A stretch of 64,000 nt of DNA from an uncultured Nitrososphaerota archaeon (GCA_964416155.1 CAYQCW010000003.1:32001-96000), one strand, 5' to 3'; positions 47,435-57,251 are shown, counted from the first letter of the stretch. Notes: generated from the sequence alone by a model not told the origin. Made by a program: numbers and translations.

Positions 47435-47521
47435 TGGACCGGGAGGGACTCGAACCCTCGACCCTTCGGGGTCGCCCATTCCGAGTGCGAGTCGGACATT
47501 CTACCACTGAACTACCGGCCC
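47435..47521 (-). tRNA. tRNA-Ala(CGC) with a 15-nt non-canonical intron at 44/45 (47464-47478)
   Basis: Acceptor GGGCCGG/CCGGTCC+A with G3:U70; anticodon arm TCCGA-CTCGCAC-TCGGA; BHB TCGG-AA|T..CCGA-AG|G; mature variable loop AGGTC. Confidence 0.92.
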
Positions 47522-47649
47522 TAAGCAGGTTAAAAGTGCCCGCCTTTTTATACTTTAAGTTTTTCCACCTGCTTTTAAAGCTCGAAAAACGTTTATCAGA
47601 AAGACTGTTTTTACTTTAATGCGATATTAAGCTGGAAAGGAGCCGAGGG

Positions 47650-48996
47650 ATGAGTGGCAGAATATTCTTGCTGAACTACGGTTGCGCTGTGAACAGGGTG
47701 GAGGGTGAGGCTATGGCTGGTGTGCTCGCCAGCTGGGGCTTCACCCTAGTGGATAGTGAGGATGAGGCTGACTTGGTTTTAGTCAACACTTGCGGGGTTA
47801 AGACTCCTACGGAGAACAAGATTCTCCACAGGTTGAAAACCATAGGTGGAGACAAGAAGATCGTGGTTGCCGGTTGCCTGCCTAAGATTATTGGAGTAAA
47901 CAGGATTCTTGAAGCCGGGGACGTGAAGGGGGTTATTGGGCCGGCTGCAGGAGAGGAGGTTCTTAGGGCTGTTCAAACAGTTTTAAACGGTGGCAGGTAT
48001 ATTAGGCTTGATGGGGAAGGCTTCAACAATCTTCTCCCCTGCCTGAGGGAGAATCCTGTTATTAGGAAGATTGTGATTTCCCAAGGATGCGTGGGGGCAT
48101 GCAGCTATTGTGCGACAAGGTTTGCAAGAGGGAGGCTTCGCAGCTATAGCATTGAAGAAATCGTTACGACAATAGGGAGAAGCGTTGAAGAGGGCATTAG
48201 AGAAGTGTGGCTTTCTTCGCAGGACAATTCTGTTTACGGTATGGATAATGGAAGCAGCATTGTCGAGCTTCTTGAAAAAATAGCTAGCGTTGAAGGCTTG
48301 TTCCTCGTAAGGATAGGCATGATGAATCCGAGAGGCGTTTTGAAGCATCTCGACGGCATTGTTGAAGCCCTCAGGAATAAGAGGTTCTTCAAGTTTATTC
48401 ACATACCTTTGCAAAGCGGTAGCAACAGGGTTCTGGAAGACATGAATCGTGGCTATTCTGTTGAAGAAGTCACCGGGATTATCCTGAGGCTCAGGAGGGA
48501 GATACCCAGGATATCTGTCGAGACGGATGTGATAGTCGGTTATCCGACTGAAAGTCGGGAGGATTTTGCGAGAACCCTTGAAGCCGTAAGAACTGTGGAG
48601 CCTGATTTTCTTAACATTTCAAAGTTTTATACTAGGCCCGGAACCCCGGCGTCAAGGCTGCCGCAGCTGCCAACGAATATTGTTGCAGAGAGGAGTAGGA
48701 TGCTCTCTAGGCTTGCGCTTGAGGTTAAGGAGAGGCGTTCCGCCTCCTGGGTTGGTTGGGAGGGTTTGGCTCTGGTCGATGAGAAGGGAGTAATCCCTGG
48801 GAGCTTCATAGCTAGAAACATGTTTTACAAGCCGATAGTTCTTACGCAGAATGTTAAAATAGGGAGCTTCATACGTGTGCGCGTAAACTCCCATAAGCCG
48901 AATTTCCTAATGGGGGAAGTGGTTGATAACCTTGACGAGGCGGAGGCCATTAGGCTTCTCGAAAAGGAGAACCGTGTATCAACAAGCCTTGCCTAG
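47650..48996 (+). CDS. tRNA t6A37 methylthiotransferase (e-MtaB/CDKAL1 type, radical SAM + TRAM)
   Basis: YGC..N, NTCGVK.PTE, GC, GCVGACSYCATRFARG.L.SY, RIGMMNP. Confidence 0.9.
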   Translation: MSGRIFLLNYGCAVNRVEGEAMAGVLASWGFTLVDSEDEADLVLVNTCGVKTPTENKILHRLKTIGGDKKIVVAGCLPKIIGVNRILEAGDVKGVIGPAAGEEVLRAVQTVLNGGRYIRLDGEGFNNLLPCLRENPVIRKIVISQGCVGACSYCATRFARGRLRSYSIEEIVTTIGRSVEEGIREVWLSSQDNSVYGMDNGSSIVELLEKIASVEGLFLVRIGMMNPRGVLKHLDGIVEALRNKRFFKFIHIPLQSGSNRVLEDMNRGYSVEEVTGIILRLRREIPRISVETDVIVGYPTESREDFARTLEAVRTVEPDFLNISKFYTRPGTPASRLPQLPTNIVAERSRMLSRLALEVKERRSASWVGWEGLALVDEKGVIPGSFIARNMFYKPIVLTQNVKIGSFIRVRVNSHKPNFLMGEVVDNLDEAEAIRLLEKENRVSTSLA

Positions 48997-48997
48997 G

Positions 48998-50224
48998 CTA
49001 TGTTTTCCAAGATGACAGGTATTCCTTCTGCTCGTCCGTCAACTCGTCTATCTCCACATCCATTGTTCTGAGCTTAGTCGAAGCAACCAACATATCTATA
49101 TCTTCTGGAACAGGGTAAACGCCGGGGGTAAGCCCCTTATGCTTCGCTAAGTATTCTGAGACAAGCGCCTGGTTGGAGAAGCTCATGTCCATAACATCAG
49201 GAGGATGACCCTCAGCCAGAACCAGGTTGACAACCCTCCCCTTGGCAAGTAGGTAGACTCTTTTTCCGTTTGGGAGAACGATTTCCTCTACGAAGGGTTT
49301 CACCTCGTTGATGCTTTTCGCCTCCCTGTAGATGGTTGCAACATCTATTTCAACATCGAAATGCCCGACGTTCGCCAGTATTACACCGTTTTTCATCAAA
49401 GTTACTGCCTCGTACGGTATTGCTTTCACGTTGCCCGTGGCGGTTATGAAGATGTCTCCAACTTTAGCGGCTTCCCTACTAGGCATCACCGTGAACCCGT
49501 CCATAACAGCTTCAAGAGCTCTTATTGGAGACACTTCCGTCACTATCACGGAGGCCCCTAGGCCTCTAGCTCTGTTCGCCACACCTTTTCCAACCAGCCC
49601 ATAACCGCACACGACAACTCTCTTACCTGCGAAAAGTATTGATGTTGCTCTTATAATCCCATCCACGCTGGACTGACCTGTCCCATAGCGGTTGTCGAAA
49701 AGCTTCTTAGACTGAGCCTCGTTAACGAAGAAGACTGGAATCATCAGCCTGCCGGCTTTCTCAAGCGCTCTAATCCTTATTACCCCAGTAGTTGTCTCCT
49801 CGAGAGCCCCGTAAATCCTGTTTTTCGACACGATGTTCTTCTCATGCACCCTGATTATCGAGTCGGCTCCGTCATCTATGAGTATGGAGGGGGAATGAGA
49901 GTGAGCCCAATCGATCGCCTCGAAATACTCGTCGATGCTCATACCTCTCCAGGCTCTGACTTCAATATCCTTAGACTTTAAGGCTTCAGCCACATCGTCG
50001 TCTGTTGAGAGGGGGTTTGCAGGTGTAAGGTAGACTTTCGCACCGCCGTCTCTTAGAGTTTCAACCAGGTTCGCCGTCTCCTTGGTGACGTGTAGCGTTA
50101 CTGAGAAGACGATGCTTTCAAACGGCCGTTCCCTAGCGAACCGTTCTCTAACCTTGCCCAGAACTGGCATGAGCCTCCTAGCCCAATCTATCTTCTTAAT
50201 TCCGAGCTCGATGTTTCCAGCCAA
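48998..50224 (-). CDS. ahcY: S-adenosylhomocysteine (or S-inosylhomocysteine) hydrolase
   Basis: LHVTKETA, NPLSTDD, EETTTG, FDNRYGTGQS, GHFDVEID, AEGHP..MDMSF; likely TTG start at 50224. Confidence 0.95.
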   Translation of the reverse strand: MAGNIELGIKKIDWARRLMPVLGKVRERFARERPFESIVFSVTLHVTKETANLVETLRDGGAKVYLTPANPLSTDDDVAEALKSKDIEVRAWRGMSIDEYFEAIDWAHSHSPSILIDDGADSIIRVHEKNIVSKNRIYGALEETTTGVIRIRALEKAGRLMIPVFFVNEAQSKKLFDNRYGTGQSSVDGIIRATSILFAGKRVVVCGYGLVGKGVANRARGLGASVIVTEVSPIRALEAVMDGFTVMPSREAAKVGDIFITATGNVKAIPYEAVTLMKNGVILANVGHFDVEIDVATIYREAKSINEVKPFVEEIVLPNGKRVYLLAKGRVVNLVLAEGHPPDVMDMSFSNQALVSEYLAKHKGLTPGVYPVPEDIDMLVASTKLRTMDVEIDELTDEQKEYLSSWKT

Positions 50225-50261
50225 CCCTTTAAACCCCCCCGCGTCTTTTAAAAAGTTTCCC

Positions 50262-51386
50262 TTAGGTGAACAGTTCTCTGTCGAAGAACCTGCGATAGAG
50301 ACCCGCAAGCTCGTTGATGTTCAACATTCCCTCCTGCACACCCTCAACCCTCCATATTGAGAACGCTTCCAAAAGCCCTATTCTGCAGGATTCTTCCAGC
50401 GTCAACCCTTTTTGCAGACCAAACAAGATGCCTGCGGCAATGCCATCGCAACAGCCGATGGAGCTGCCTGTTTTCTCAGGCGGCACAGGGCCCACTCTGG
50501 AGAACTCGCCATCTCTATGGTGGATCTCGATTAGCCCCGTCATCTTATCTTCCAAGACTATTGCTTCAGGGTATTCGGACCCGGGTGTGAAGAACTCCCC
50601 TATGTTCTTAAGCCCAAGAAGATCAGCCGCCTGCTTAATCTCGTTATAGTTCCCAAGAATTATCTTTGAGTTTGGAACCATGGTTTCAACATAATCCTCA
50701 GTAACACCGTAGGACGCGATGTCCACAACCACGTCTATGCCTCTTCTCCTAGCTGCCAGAATAGAGCTTTTCATGAACAGGGTTTCAGACGATGTGACGA
50801 AAAGAACGCTTGCTGATTCAAACTCTGATTCAGGCACCGGACGGAATTTTTCAACACCACTTGCACCTTTAACATCATCTATTATGAAGAATTCGTTGTT
50901 CTCAACGTCTTTCACGCAAGTAATGGTTGAGGTTGTCTTATCCATGACGATCCATACGCCCGCGTCCAGAACATCCTTGCTTAGGAAGCGGGTTTTACTG
51001 CTGTCTTCAACAACAGCTGTTCTCATTTCAACATTGTTATTCACCAAATGACTGTAATATCCTCCGTTGAAAAACCCAGGATAAGGATGATCATAGTCTC
51101 TGCCGAAGGTTGTGATCAGCCTTACTCTGCCACCTAGACGTGCAACACCATAGGCCACGTGGGGAGCTCTCCCCCCGTAGCTATACTTTACGGGAGTCAG
51201 GCTGTTAGCCTCCAGCAAACCGTAAACCTTGTTACTATCCCATTCTGGCCCTAAGAGCTCGCTTATTCCAGAGATGGGAATAGTCTTTTTCAGAAAAGGG
51301 TGGAAAACCCTGGGCAGATTATAGAAGGAGCGTATTTTAAAGTGCTCATCCTTTCCAGAGCTCCCTACAACAATTATGTTACTCAT
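50262..51386 (-). CDS. PfkB/ribokinase family kinase, divergent (possible nucleoside kinase)
   Basis: GGRAPHVAYGVARLG, NYNE, C-terminal GCCDGIAAG; ATG at 51386. Confidence 0.8.
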   Translation of the reverse strand: MSNIIVVGSSGKDEHFKIRSFYNLPRVFHPFLKKTIPISGISELLGPEWDSNKVYGLLEANSLTPVKYSYGGRAPHVAYGVARLGGRVRLITTFGRDYDHPYPGFFNGGYYSHLVNNNVEMRTAVVEDSSKTRFLSKDVLDAGVWIVMDKTTSTITCVKDVENNEFFIIDDVKGASGVEKFRPVPESEFESASVLFVTSSETLFMKSSILAARRRGIDVVVDIASYGVTEDYVETMVPNSKIILGNYNEIKQAADLLGLKNIGEFFTPGSEYPEAIVLEDKMTGLIEIHHRDGEFSRVGPVPPEKTGSSIGCCDGIAAGILFGLQKGLTLEESCRIGLLEAFSIWRVEGVQEGMLNINELAGLYRRFFDRELFT

Positions 51387-51446
51387 ACAGGATCGAGACA
51401 ATAGAAAGCATTATTAAAGAGTTTCTATCTCATCCTTCTTAGAAAA

Positions 51447-51875
51447 GTGAAGGAAACAGGTAGCGAGGATAAATACTTAGAATGGCTGGATAGGGGGCTG
51501 AGTAGGGTGCCTAAAACGGTCAGCCGGGACAGGCTGAACGTTCCCAGTGTTGAATGCGTAGGCGAGAAGAATAAGACCATAGTTCAAAACCTTAATCAGA
51601 TAGTGGACCTGCTTAACAGGGATGTGAAACACCTTTTAAAATATATGACTTTAAGACTCGCAGCCCCCTACTCGGAAATCGGCGAGGGACGCTATGTTTT
51701 CAAGGGTAGGATTCTTCCTAAGCAGCTGGACACGGTGATAGCTGACTACATAAAGGCTTATGTAGAATGCCCTGTTTGCAAAAGGCCAGATACAAAGCTG
51801 AGCAGGGAGAAGAGGGGTATTGTTCAACTCGTATGCTTAAGCTGCGGCGCTGTTTCGCCAGTTAAAAACCTTTGA
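51447..51875 (+). CDS. eif2b: Translation initiation factor aIF-2 beta
   Basis: LNRD..H, YVECPVCKRPDTKL..CLSCGA. Confidence 0.95.
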   Translation: MKETGSEDKYLEWLDRGLSRVPKTVSRDRLNVPSVECVGEKNKTIVQNLNQIVDLLNRDVKHLLKYMTLRLAAPYSEIGEGRYVFKGRILPKQLDTVIADYIKAYVECPVCKRPDTKLSREKRGIVQLVCLSCGAVSPVKNL

Positions 51876-51878
51876 AAA

Positions 51879-52184
51879 ATGAGCAGGGAATTCTACATGA
51901 AGGAGCATTCGGTTGGCTCAACAAAGATAATAGGGGCGTGCGACAGGGAGCTTCTCGGGAAAACAATTAAGGATGAAACAGGGTTGGAAGTGAAGGTGGC
52001 TGAAAAGTTTTACGGCGGCAGGCTTGTAGACGAGGAGGAGCTTTTAAGAAGCATTCGGGACGCTTCCTCTGTGAACCTTGTTGGAAACATGGTTGTAAAC
52101 ACGGTTTTAGAAAGCGGTTTAGGCAGAGCGGATAACGCTAGGGAAATAGGTGGAGTAATGTTCATGATGATAATTCGCATCTAG
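51879..52184 (+). CDS. DUF424 family protein
   Basis: ACDRELLGK..FYGG..NLVG. Confidence 0.9.
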   Translation: MSREFYMKEHSVGSTKIIGACDRELLGKTIKDETGLEVKVAEKFYGGRLVDEEELLRSIRDASSVNLVGNMVVNTVLESGLGRADNAREIGGVMFMMIIRI

Positions 52185-52234
52185 CTTTCTCAAGCATATA
52201 GTTTATTAGGAGGAGGTTGGGGGCTTAGTAGAGC

Positions 52235-52585
52235 TTGGGAAAGAGAAAAGTTTACAGTGAGAGAGATATTTCCGAAACCTTAGTGACACCGGGAGAGGGG
52301 CAACTATTCGGAAGAGTAGATGGCCTTTCAGGCTCCAACTGGGCGGTGGTCCTCTGCTCTGACGGTAGAACTCGGCAGTGCAGGCTCAGGGGGAAGCTTA
52401 GGAGAAAAATATGGATTAAGCTGAATGATATTGTTCTAGTTGAGCCGTGGCCTTTTCAGCCTGATCGAGGGGAAATTTTACACAGGTATACTATTGGTCA
52501 AATAGACTACCTTGTTAAAAACGGGCTTCTCAACAAGGAGCTTGTTAAGGAAACGCAGGAGCAGGCTAGTGGGGCCGGTAGTTAA
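52235..52585 (+). CDS. eif1a: Translation initiation factor aIF-1A
   Basis: CSDGRTRQCRLRGKLRRKIWI..DIVLVEPW.FQ..RGEI..RY. Confidence 0.96.
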   Translation: MGKRKVYSERDISETLVTPGEGQLFGRVDGLSGSNWAVVLCSDGRTRQCRLRGKLRRKIWIKLNDIVLVEPWPFQPDRGEILHRYTIGQIDYLVKNGLLNKELVKETQEQASGAGS

Positions 52586-52633
52586 TCTTAAAAAGAATGT
52601 GGGGCTCCACGTGTTTCAGGCAGTTGCACGAAC

Positions 52634-53422
52634 ATGACGCATGAAAAAGTCTTCAACACATTAGAGCTTAGGGAGAAGCTCATAGAGAAGCTTCAGAGGA
52701 TGAAAGTTAAGAGAAGCGAGGACTTCGAGGTTTTCAGCGAGGTTTTCAATGTGGAGGTTTTAATGCAGCTTTACGACCTGTTGAGGAAAGGGATTTTGAA
52801 AGAGTTTAACGGCGAGATATCTTCAGGTAAAGAGTCGAAGGTATTCCATGCTGTTGCGAAGGGAAACGTGGAGGTTGCAGTTAAGATCTATTTAACTGTC
52901 AACACGGAGATAAGGCGTATGATGCTGAAGTATATTATTGGCGACAAACGGTTTGAAAAAGTGAAGAGCGACAGCCGGTCACTCGTTTATACTTGGGCGA
53001 GAAAGGAATATGCTAATTTAAGCACCATGCATGAGGCTGGGCTTCCCGTGCCGAAACCACTGCTTGTTCAGAAAAACATTTTAGTGATGAGCTTCATAGG
53101 AGAGAATGGCCAGAGGGCTCCTCTTTTAAAGGAGCTCCATGAGCTTAAGAACCCTCGTGAAACCTACATGGAGATAATCAACTTCATAGTTAAGAGCCGT
53201 GATAAAGCCGGTCTGATCCATGCGGACTTGAGCGAGTATAACGTTATGATTTGGAACGAGAAGCCTTTCATCATAGATTTGTCTCAAGCTGTCCCCATTA
53301 CGCACCCCTTGGCAGGGGAATTTTTAAGAAGAGATGTTGAGAACATAAACAGGTTCTTCATGAAAAGAAGATGGATTGACGAAGCAATACCCGTTGAGGA
53401 GGTTGTCGGCAGAATTGGCTAA
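52634..53422 (+). CDS. rio1: RIO1 kinase
   Basis: ISSGKES.V, AVKIY, WARKEYANL, HADLSEYN, IDLSQAV. Confidence 0.95.
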   Translation: MTHEKVFNTLELREKLIEKLQRMKVKRSEDFEVFSEVFNVEVLMQLYDLLRKGILKEFNGEISSGKESKVFHAVAKGNVEVAVKIYLTVNTEIRRMMLKYIIGDKRFEKVKSDSRSLVYTWARKEYANLSTMHEAGLPVPKPLLVQKNILVMSFIGENGQRAPLLKELHELKNPRETYMEIINFIVKSRDKAGLIHADLSEYNVMIWNEKPFIIDLSQAVPITHPLAGEFLRRDVENINRFFMKRRWIDEAIPVEEVVGRIG

Positions 53423-53984
53423 CGTACTCTTCCTAAACATTCCGCAGGAAAGAGTAGGGGTTTTAATCGGGAAGAACGGTGAAGTAAAGAGGAAAATAGA
53501 GGAGGAAACCGGGGTTAAGATTCAAGTTCACCAGGATGGAACTATCAGAGTCGAGTATAATGCCGAAGACCCTGAAGCATATTTTAAAGTGAGGAGGATT
53601 GCGGATGCGATAGCAAGCGGGTTCTCAGGTGAAGATGCTTTAATGCTTCTGGATGACAATCTTGTACTAAAGATAATCGACTTAAGGGATTTCGCTGGCG
53701 AGTCGTCCTCCCGGATAAAAATAATAAAAGGAAGAATAATAGGGAAGGACGGGAAAGTTTGGAAGAAGATTGAGAAGCTTTCTGGTGCTAAACTTGCCCT
53801 TCATAATTATACTCTTGGAGTAATGGGAGAGGAGGAGAGCTGTGAAATAGCTTTCAAGACGATTCTAAAGATATTGAAGGGAGCTCAATTCAGCACCGCG
53901 TTTAAATATTTGGAGCGTCAAAGAAAGTCGTTGGAAAAAGGGATTTGGATGAGTAGAGAGGAGAAGGCTGTAGATGAGTTCTGA
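53415..53984 (+). CDS. KH-domain rRNA processing protein Dim2/Pno1
   Basis: RVGVLIGKNG, GFS.E.A..LL, KGRIIGKDG; likely TTG start at 53415. Confidence 0.92.
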   Translation: MANVLFLNIPQERVGVLIGKNGEVKRKIEEETGVKIQVHQDGTIRVEYNAEDPEAYFKVRRIADAIASGFSGEDALMLLDDNLVLKIIDLRDFAGESSSRIKIIKGRIIGKDGKVWKKIEKLSGAKLALHNYTLGVMGEEESCEIAFKTILKILKGAQFSTAFKYLERQRKSLEKGIWMSREEKAVDEF

Positions 53985-55530
53985 GGAGAAATTTAAAGAG
54001 ATCAGCCCCGCAGACTTCTTCTACAGAAACAGGGATATCGCGGGTTTTTCAAACCCTGTTAGAGCACTGTACACGGCTGTCAGAGAGCTTGTCGAAAACT
54101 CTCTAGACGCTTGTGAAGCAAGAGGCATACTGCCGGACATAATACTTTTTCTAACTATTGAAGGCCAGGCGGATAGTGAGAGAAACATTGTAAGGATAAG
54201 GATTGTCGACAACGGCGGAGGCATACCGCCTGAACACATTCCAAACGCTTTTGGAAAAATACTTTTCGGTTCAAAGTATACCTTGATACAATCAAGAGGC
54301 ACGTTTGGGCTAGGTGGAAAAATGGCATACCTATATGGCCAGATAACGACAAACAACCCCCTTGAAATCACTGTGGGCTATCGTAAAAAAATCTACTTCT
54401 TCAAGATAATGATAGACATTAAGAAGAACGCGCCCATAGTTTTAGAGAGGGAGGAGAAGAGTAATCCTAAGAAGTGGAGCGGCACTATTGTAAGCTTCAC
54501 TCTCGAGGGAGACTACTTCAGAGCCTTTCCGAAGATACTTGAGTATATTAAGCTCAGCGCGCTTGTCGCACCATATGCGAACGTCATGCTAGTCGATGCT
54601 TATGGGAGACTAATCAGGTTTTCCAGGAGCACTGTTCAAATGCCTAATCCTCCTAAGGAAACATTGCCGCATCCTCATGGTGTTGACGTTGAAATGGTTA
54701 AGAGGCTTGTCGAGGAGAACCGTAAGAGGACGCTCATCTCGTTTCTCACTAGAAGCTTTCACAGAGTTGGGAAGGAGACGGCCAGCAGGATACTGGAGCA
54801 GCTGAGACTCTCGCCTAACACGGTTGTTGGAGAGCTGAGTTTAGACGAGATTGTAAGGCTTACACAGGCTTTTAAGAATTACGATGGTTTTCTCCCGCCG
54901 GACGCGAGCATTCTCTCCCCAATAGGCGAGACGCTTTTGAAGGAAGGGATTAAGAAGGAGCTTGAACCCGAGGTGCTCGCGGTTGAAAGCAGGAGGCCTC
55001 AAGCATATTCTGGACACCCTTTTATAGTGGAGGTTGGAATAGCTTACGGTGGGAAGATAACTCCGCCTGAAGACGGTAATGCGATAATCTATAGGTATGC
55101 TAACAGGATCCCCCTTCTGTACGATGAGGCTAATGATGTTTCTTATAAGGTTGTGAACAAGCTGATGAACTGGAAACGTTACAGGATAGACCCTCGGACA
55201 GACCCCGTTAGAATCATCGTGCATATCTGTTCGACGAAAATACCTTATAAAACGGTTGGGAAAGAGTATGTGGCAGATAGACCTGAAATAGAGAGGGAAA
55301 TTTTAAACGGGCTTAGGAACGTCAGCAGAGAGATCTCGTTCTACCTTTCGAGAAAGAAAAGTATGGAGAGGGAGAAAAGAAGGCTTGATGTCTACCGTAA
55401 GTATTTGCCTATGATAATCAGGTTTGCAGAGGAGGCTGCGGGCGGAAGAGTAAAGGTAAGGGAGTCGAGTGTTAAAGTGCTTTTAAGCATAATGGATAAG
55501 TATCAGGTTCTTCATGAAGAGGCATCCTAA
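53974..55530 (+). CDS. top6B: DNA topoisomerase VI subunit B
   Basis: FFYRN..IAGF, ELVENSLDA, DNGGGI, QSRG.FGLG, YANRIPL. Confidence 0.97.
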   Translation: MSSEEKFKEISPADFFYRNRDIAGFSNPVRALYTAVRELVENSLDACEARGILPDIILFLTIEGQADSERNIVRIRIVDNGGGIPPEHIPNAFGKILFGSKYTLIQSRGTFGLGGKMAYLYGQITTNNPLEITVGYRKKIYFFKIMIDIKKNAPIVLEREEKSNPKKWSGTIVSFTLEGDYFRAFPKILEYIKLSALVAPYANVMLVDAYGRLIRFSRSTVQMPNPPKETLPHPHGVDVEMVKRLVEENRKRTLISFLTRSFHRVGKETASRILEQLRLSPNTVVGELSLDEIVRLTQAFKNYDGFLPPDASILSPIGETLLKEGIKKELEPEVLAVESRRPQAYSGHPFIVEVGIAYGGKITPPEDGNAIIYRYANRIPLLYDEANDVSYKVVNKLMNWKRYRIDPRTDPVRIIVHICSTKIPYKTVGKEYVADRPEIEREILNGLRNVSREISFYLSRKKSMEREKRRLDVYRKYLPMIIRFAEEAAGGRVKVRESSVKVLLSIMDKYQVLHEEAS

Positions 55531-55590
55531 AAAGACAGCTGTCAGCATCCTGCTTATTGGTAGTTAAATAGGGTTTTAGCCTTTCTATAA

Positions 55591-55917
55591 TTGGGACGGG
55601 GCATGAGAATATTAAGGCTTGCGGAAATGCTGACCATCCCGCTCTTAGGGGAAGAGGGAGAACAAGCTGCGAGCTCCGAGTGGTTTACAAAATTGCTTGA
55701 AAGCATTGTGAACGCAGTGGAGAAAACAGTTTCAGCGTTCTCGCAAATGGTGCTGCAAACATCTCTTCGTATCCTGTCTATGATTTATGCTCCAATGGCT
55801 GTAATCGGGGTCATACTCTATGCAACCAAGGTGAACAAGTATCTTGGAAGAGACTTGATATTTGGAGCACTACTACTCGCCTTCTTCAGCGAATTTGTGC
55901 TTCCAGTACTCCTCTAG
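55591..55917 (+). CDS. Small hypothetical membrane protein (amphipathic helix plus 2 TM)
   Basis: Has its own TATA-like element (TTAAATA near 55565); two hydrophobic segments; ATG at 55603 is an alternative start. Confidence 0.6.
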   Translation: MGRGMRILRLAEMLTIPLLGEEGEQAASSEWFTKLLESIVNAVEKTVSAFSQMVLQTSLRILSMIYAPMAVIGVILYATKVNKYLGRDLIFGALLLAFFSEFVLPVLL

Positions 55918-55958
55918 CAAAACCTTAAATCATGCTTTAAAACATTTCTTGGAGGAAA

Positions 55959-57251
55959 ATGGTTGAAGACGTGTTTAAAATAAAAAGGGTTCAAGGCAGA
56001 GAGATAATAGACTCCCGGGGGAACCCTACTGTTGAAGCAGTCGTCGAGCTGCAGGGAGGAACCGCGGGTCGATCAAGCGTTCCCTCAGGCGCCTCCACTG
56101 GGAAGTATGAGGCGGTTGAACTGAGGGATAGGGATGAAAAAAGATTCCATGGTTTAGGTGTTTTAAAGGTGGTTAGGAACATTAACGAGATGATCAGCCC
56201 AGCATTAACCGGTTTAGACGCTAGGCGTCAAAGCGAAGTTGACAAGAGGATGCTCGAGTTAGATGGTACTTCGAACAAGTCTAGGCTTGGGGCGAACTCG
56301 ATCCTAGCTGTCTCTCTTGCCAACGCCATAGCTGCTTCCAACGCCAGTGGGATGGAGCTTTACGAGTATTTAGGAGGAGGAAAAGGCGTCACGCTTCCCG
56401 TCCCCCTTATGAACGTTATAAATGGGGGGAAACACGCGGGAAACAATCTTTCCATACAGGAGTTCATGATAATACCTGCAGGGTTTAACGATTTCCCTAG
56501 TGCTTTAAGAGCTGGTGTCGAGGTTTACCACACGCTTAGAAGTGTGATAGTAAAGAAATACGGAAAGTCTTCGATAAACGTAGGGGATGAAGGAGGCTTT
56601 GCGCCGCCTCTTAACCGCAGCGACCAAGCTCTGGAACTGTTATTGACTGCAATCGAGGAAACAGGCTACACTTCTTCGCAAGTATTGCTCGGAATAGATG
56701 CGGCGTCATCCTCGTTCTACGATCCTTCTTCAAACAAGTATAGGATAGACGGCAGGGAGCATGCGAGCGGCGAGCTTCTAGAAAACTATGCTAGACTGGT
56801 TTCAACTTTCAGACTGAAATCTATAGAAGATCCGTTTGAAGAAAACGATTTCGAATCCTTCGCAGAGATCACTAGGAGAATGGGTTCTCGAGTACAGATA
56901 GTTGGAGACGACATTTTCGTTACAAACAAGGAGAGGCTTCTCCAAGGTATAAGGAGGAGTGCTGCGAACGCGCTTCTTTTCAAGCTTAATCAATGTGGAT
57001 CCTTAACCGAATCCCTAGAGACTTTCAACACGGCTGTTGAAAACAATTACAGAGTTATTGTAAGCCACAGGTCTGGAGAAACCGAGGACACTTATATTTC
57101 CGATGTTGCTGTTGCTTTCAACGCTGGACAGATAAAAACAGGAGCTCCCTGCAGAGGGGAGAGAACTGCTAAGTACAATAGGCTGCTCAGGATATGTGAA
57201 AAACTAGGGTCTAAAGCAAAGTATGGGGGACCAGAGGTTTTTAGCTTCTAG
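55959..57251 (+). CDS. eno: Enolase
   Basis: DSRGNPTVE, PSGASTG, VGDEGGFAP, SHRSGETED, QIKTG. Confidence 0.98.
   Translation: MVEDVFKIKRVQGREIIDSRGNPTVEAVVELQGGTAGRSSVPSGASTGKYEAVELRDRDEKRFHGLGVLKVVRNINEMISPALTGLDARRQSEVDKRMLELDGTSNKSRLGANSILAVSLANAIAASNASGMELYEYLGGGKGVTLPVPLMNVINGGKHAGNNLSIQEFMIIPAGFNDFPSALRAGVEVYHTLRSVIVKKYGKSSINVGDEGGFAPPLNRSDQALELLLTAIEETGYTSSQVLLGIDAASSSFYDPSSNKYRIDGREHASGELLENYARLVSTFRLKSIEDPFEENDFESFAEITRRMGSRVQIVGDDIFVTNKERLLQGIRRSAANALLFKLNQCGSLTESLETFNTAVENNYRVIVSHRSGETEDTYISDVAVAFNAGQIKTGAPCRGERTAKYNRLLRICEKLGSKAKYGGPEVFSF

Noticed and set aside
47434-47619. 61-aa ORF MDREGLEPST...
   Set aside because: Antisense translation of tRNA-Ala
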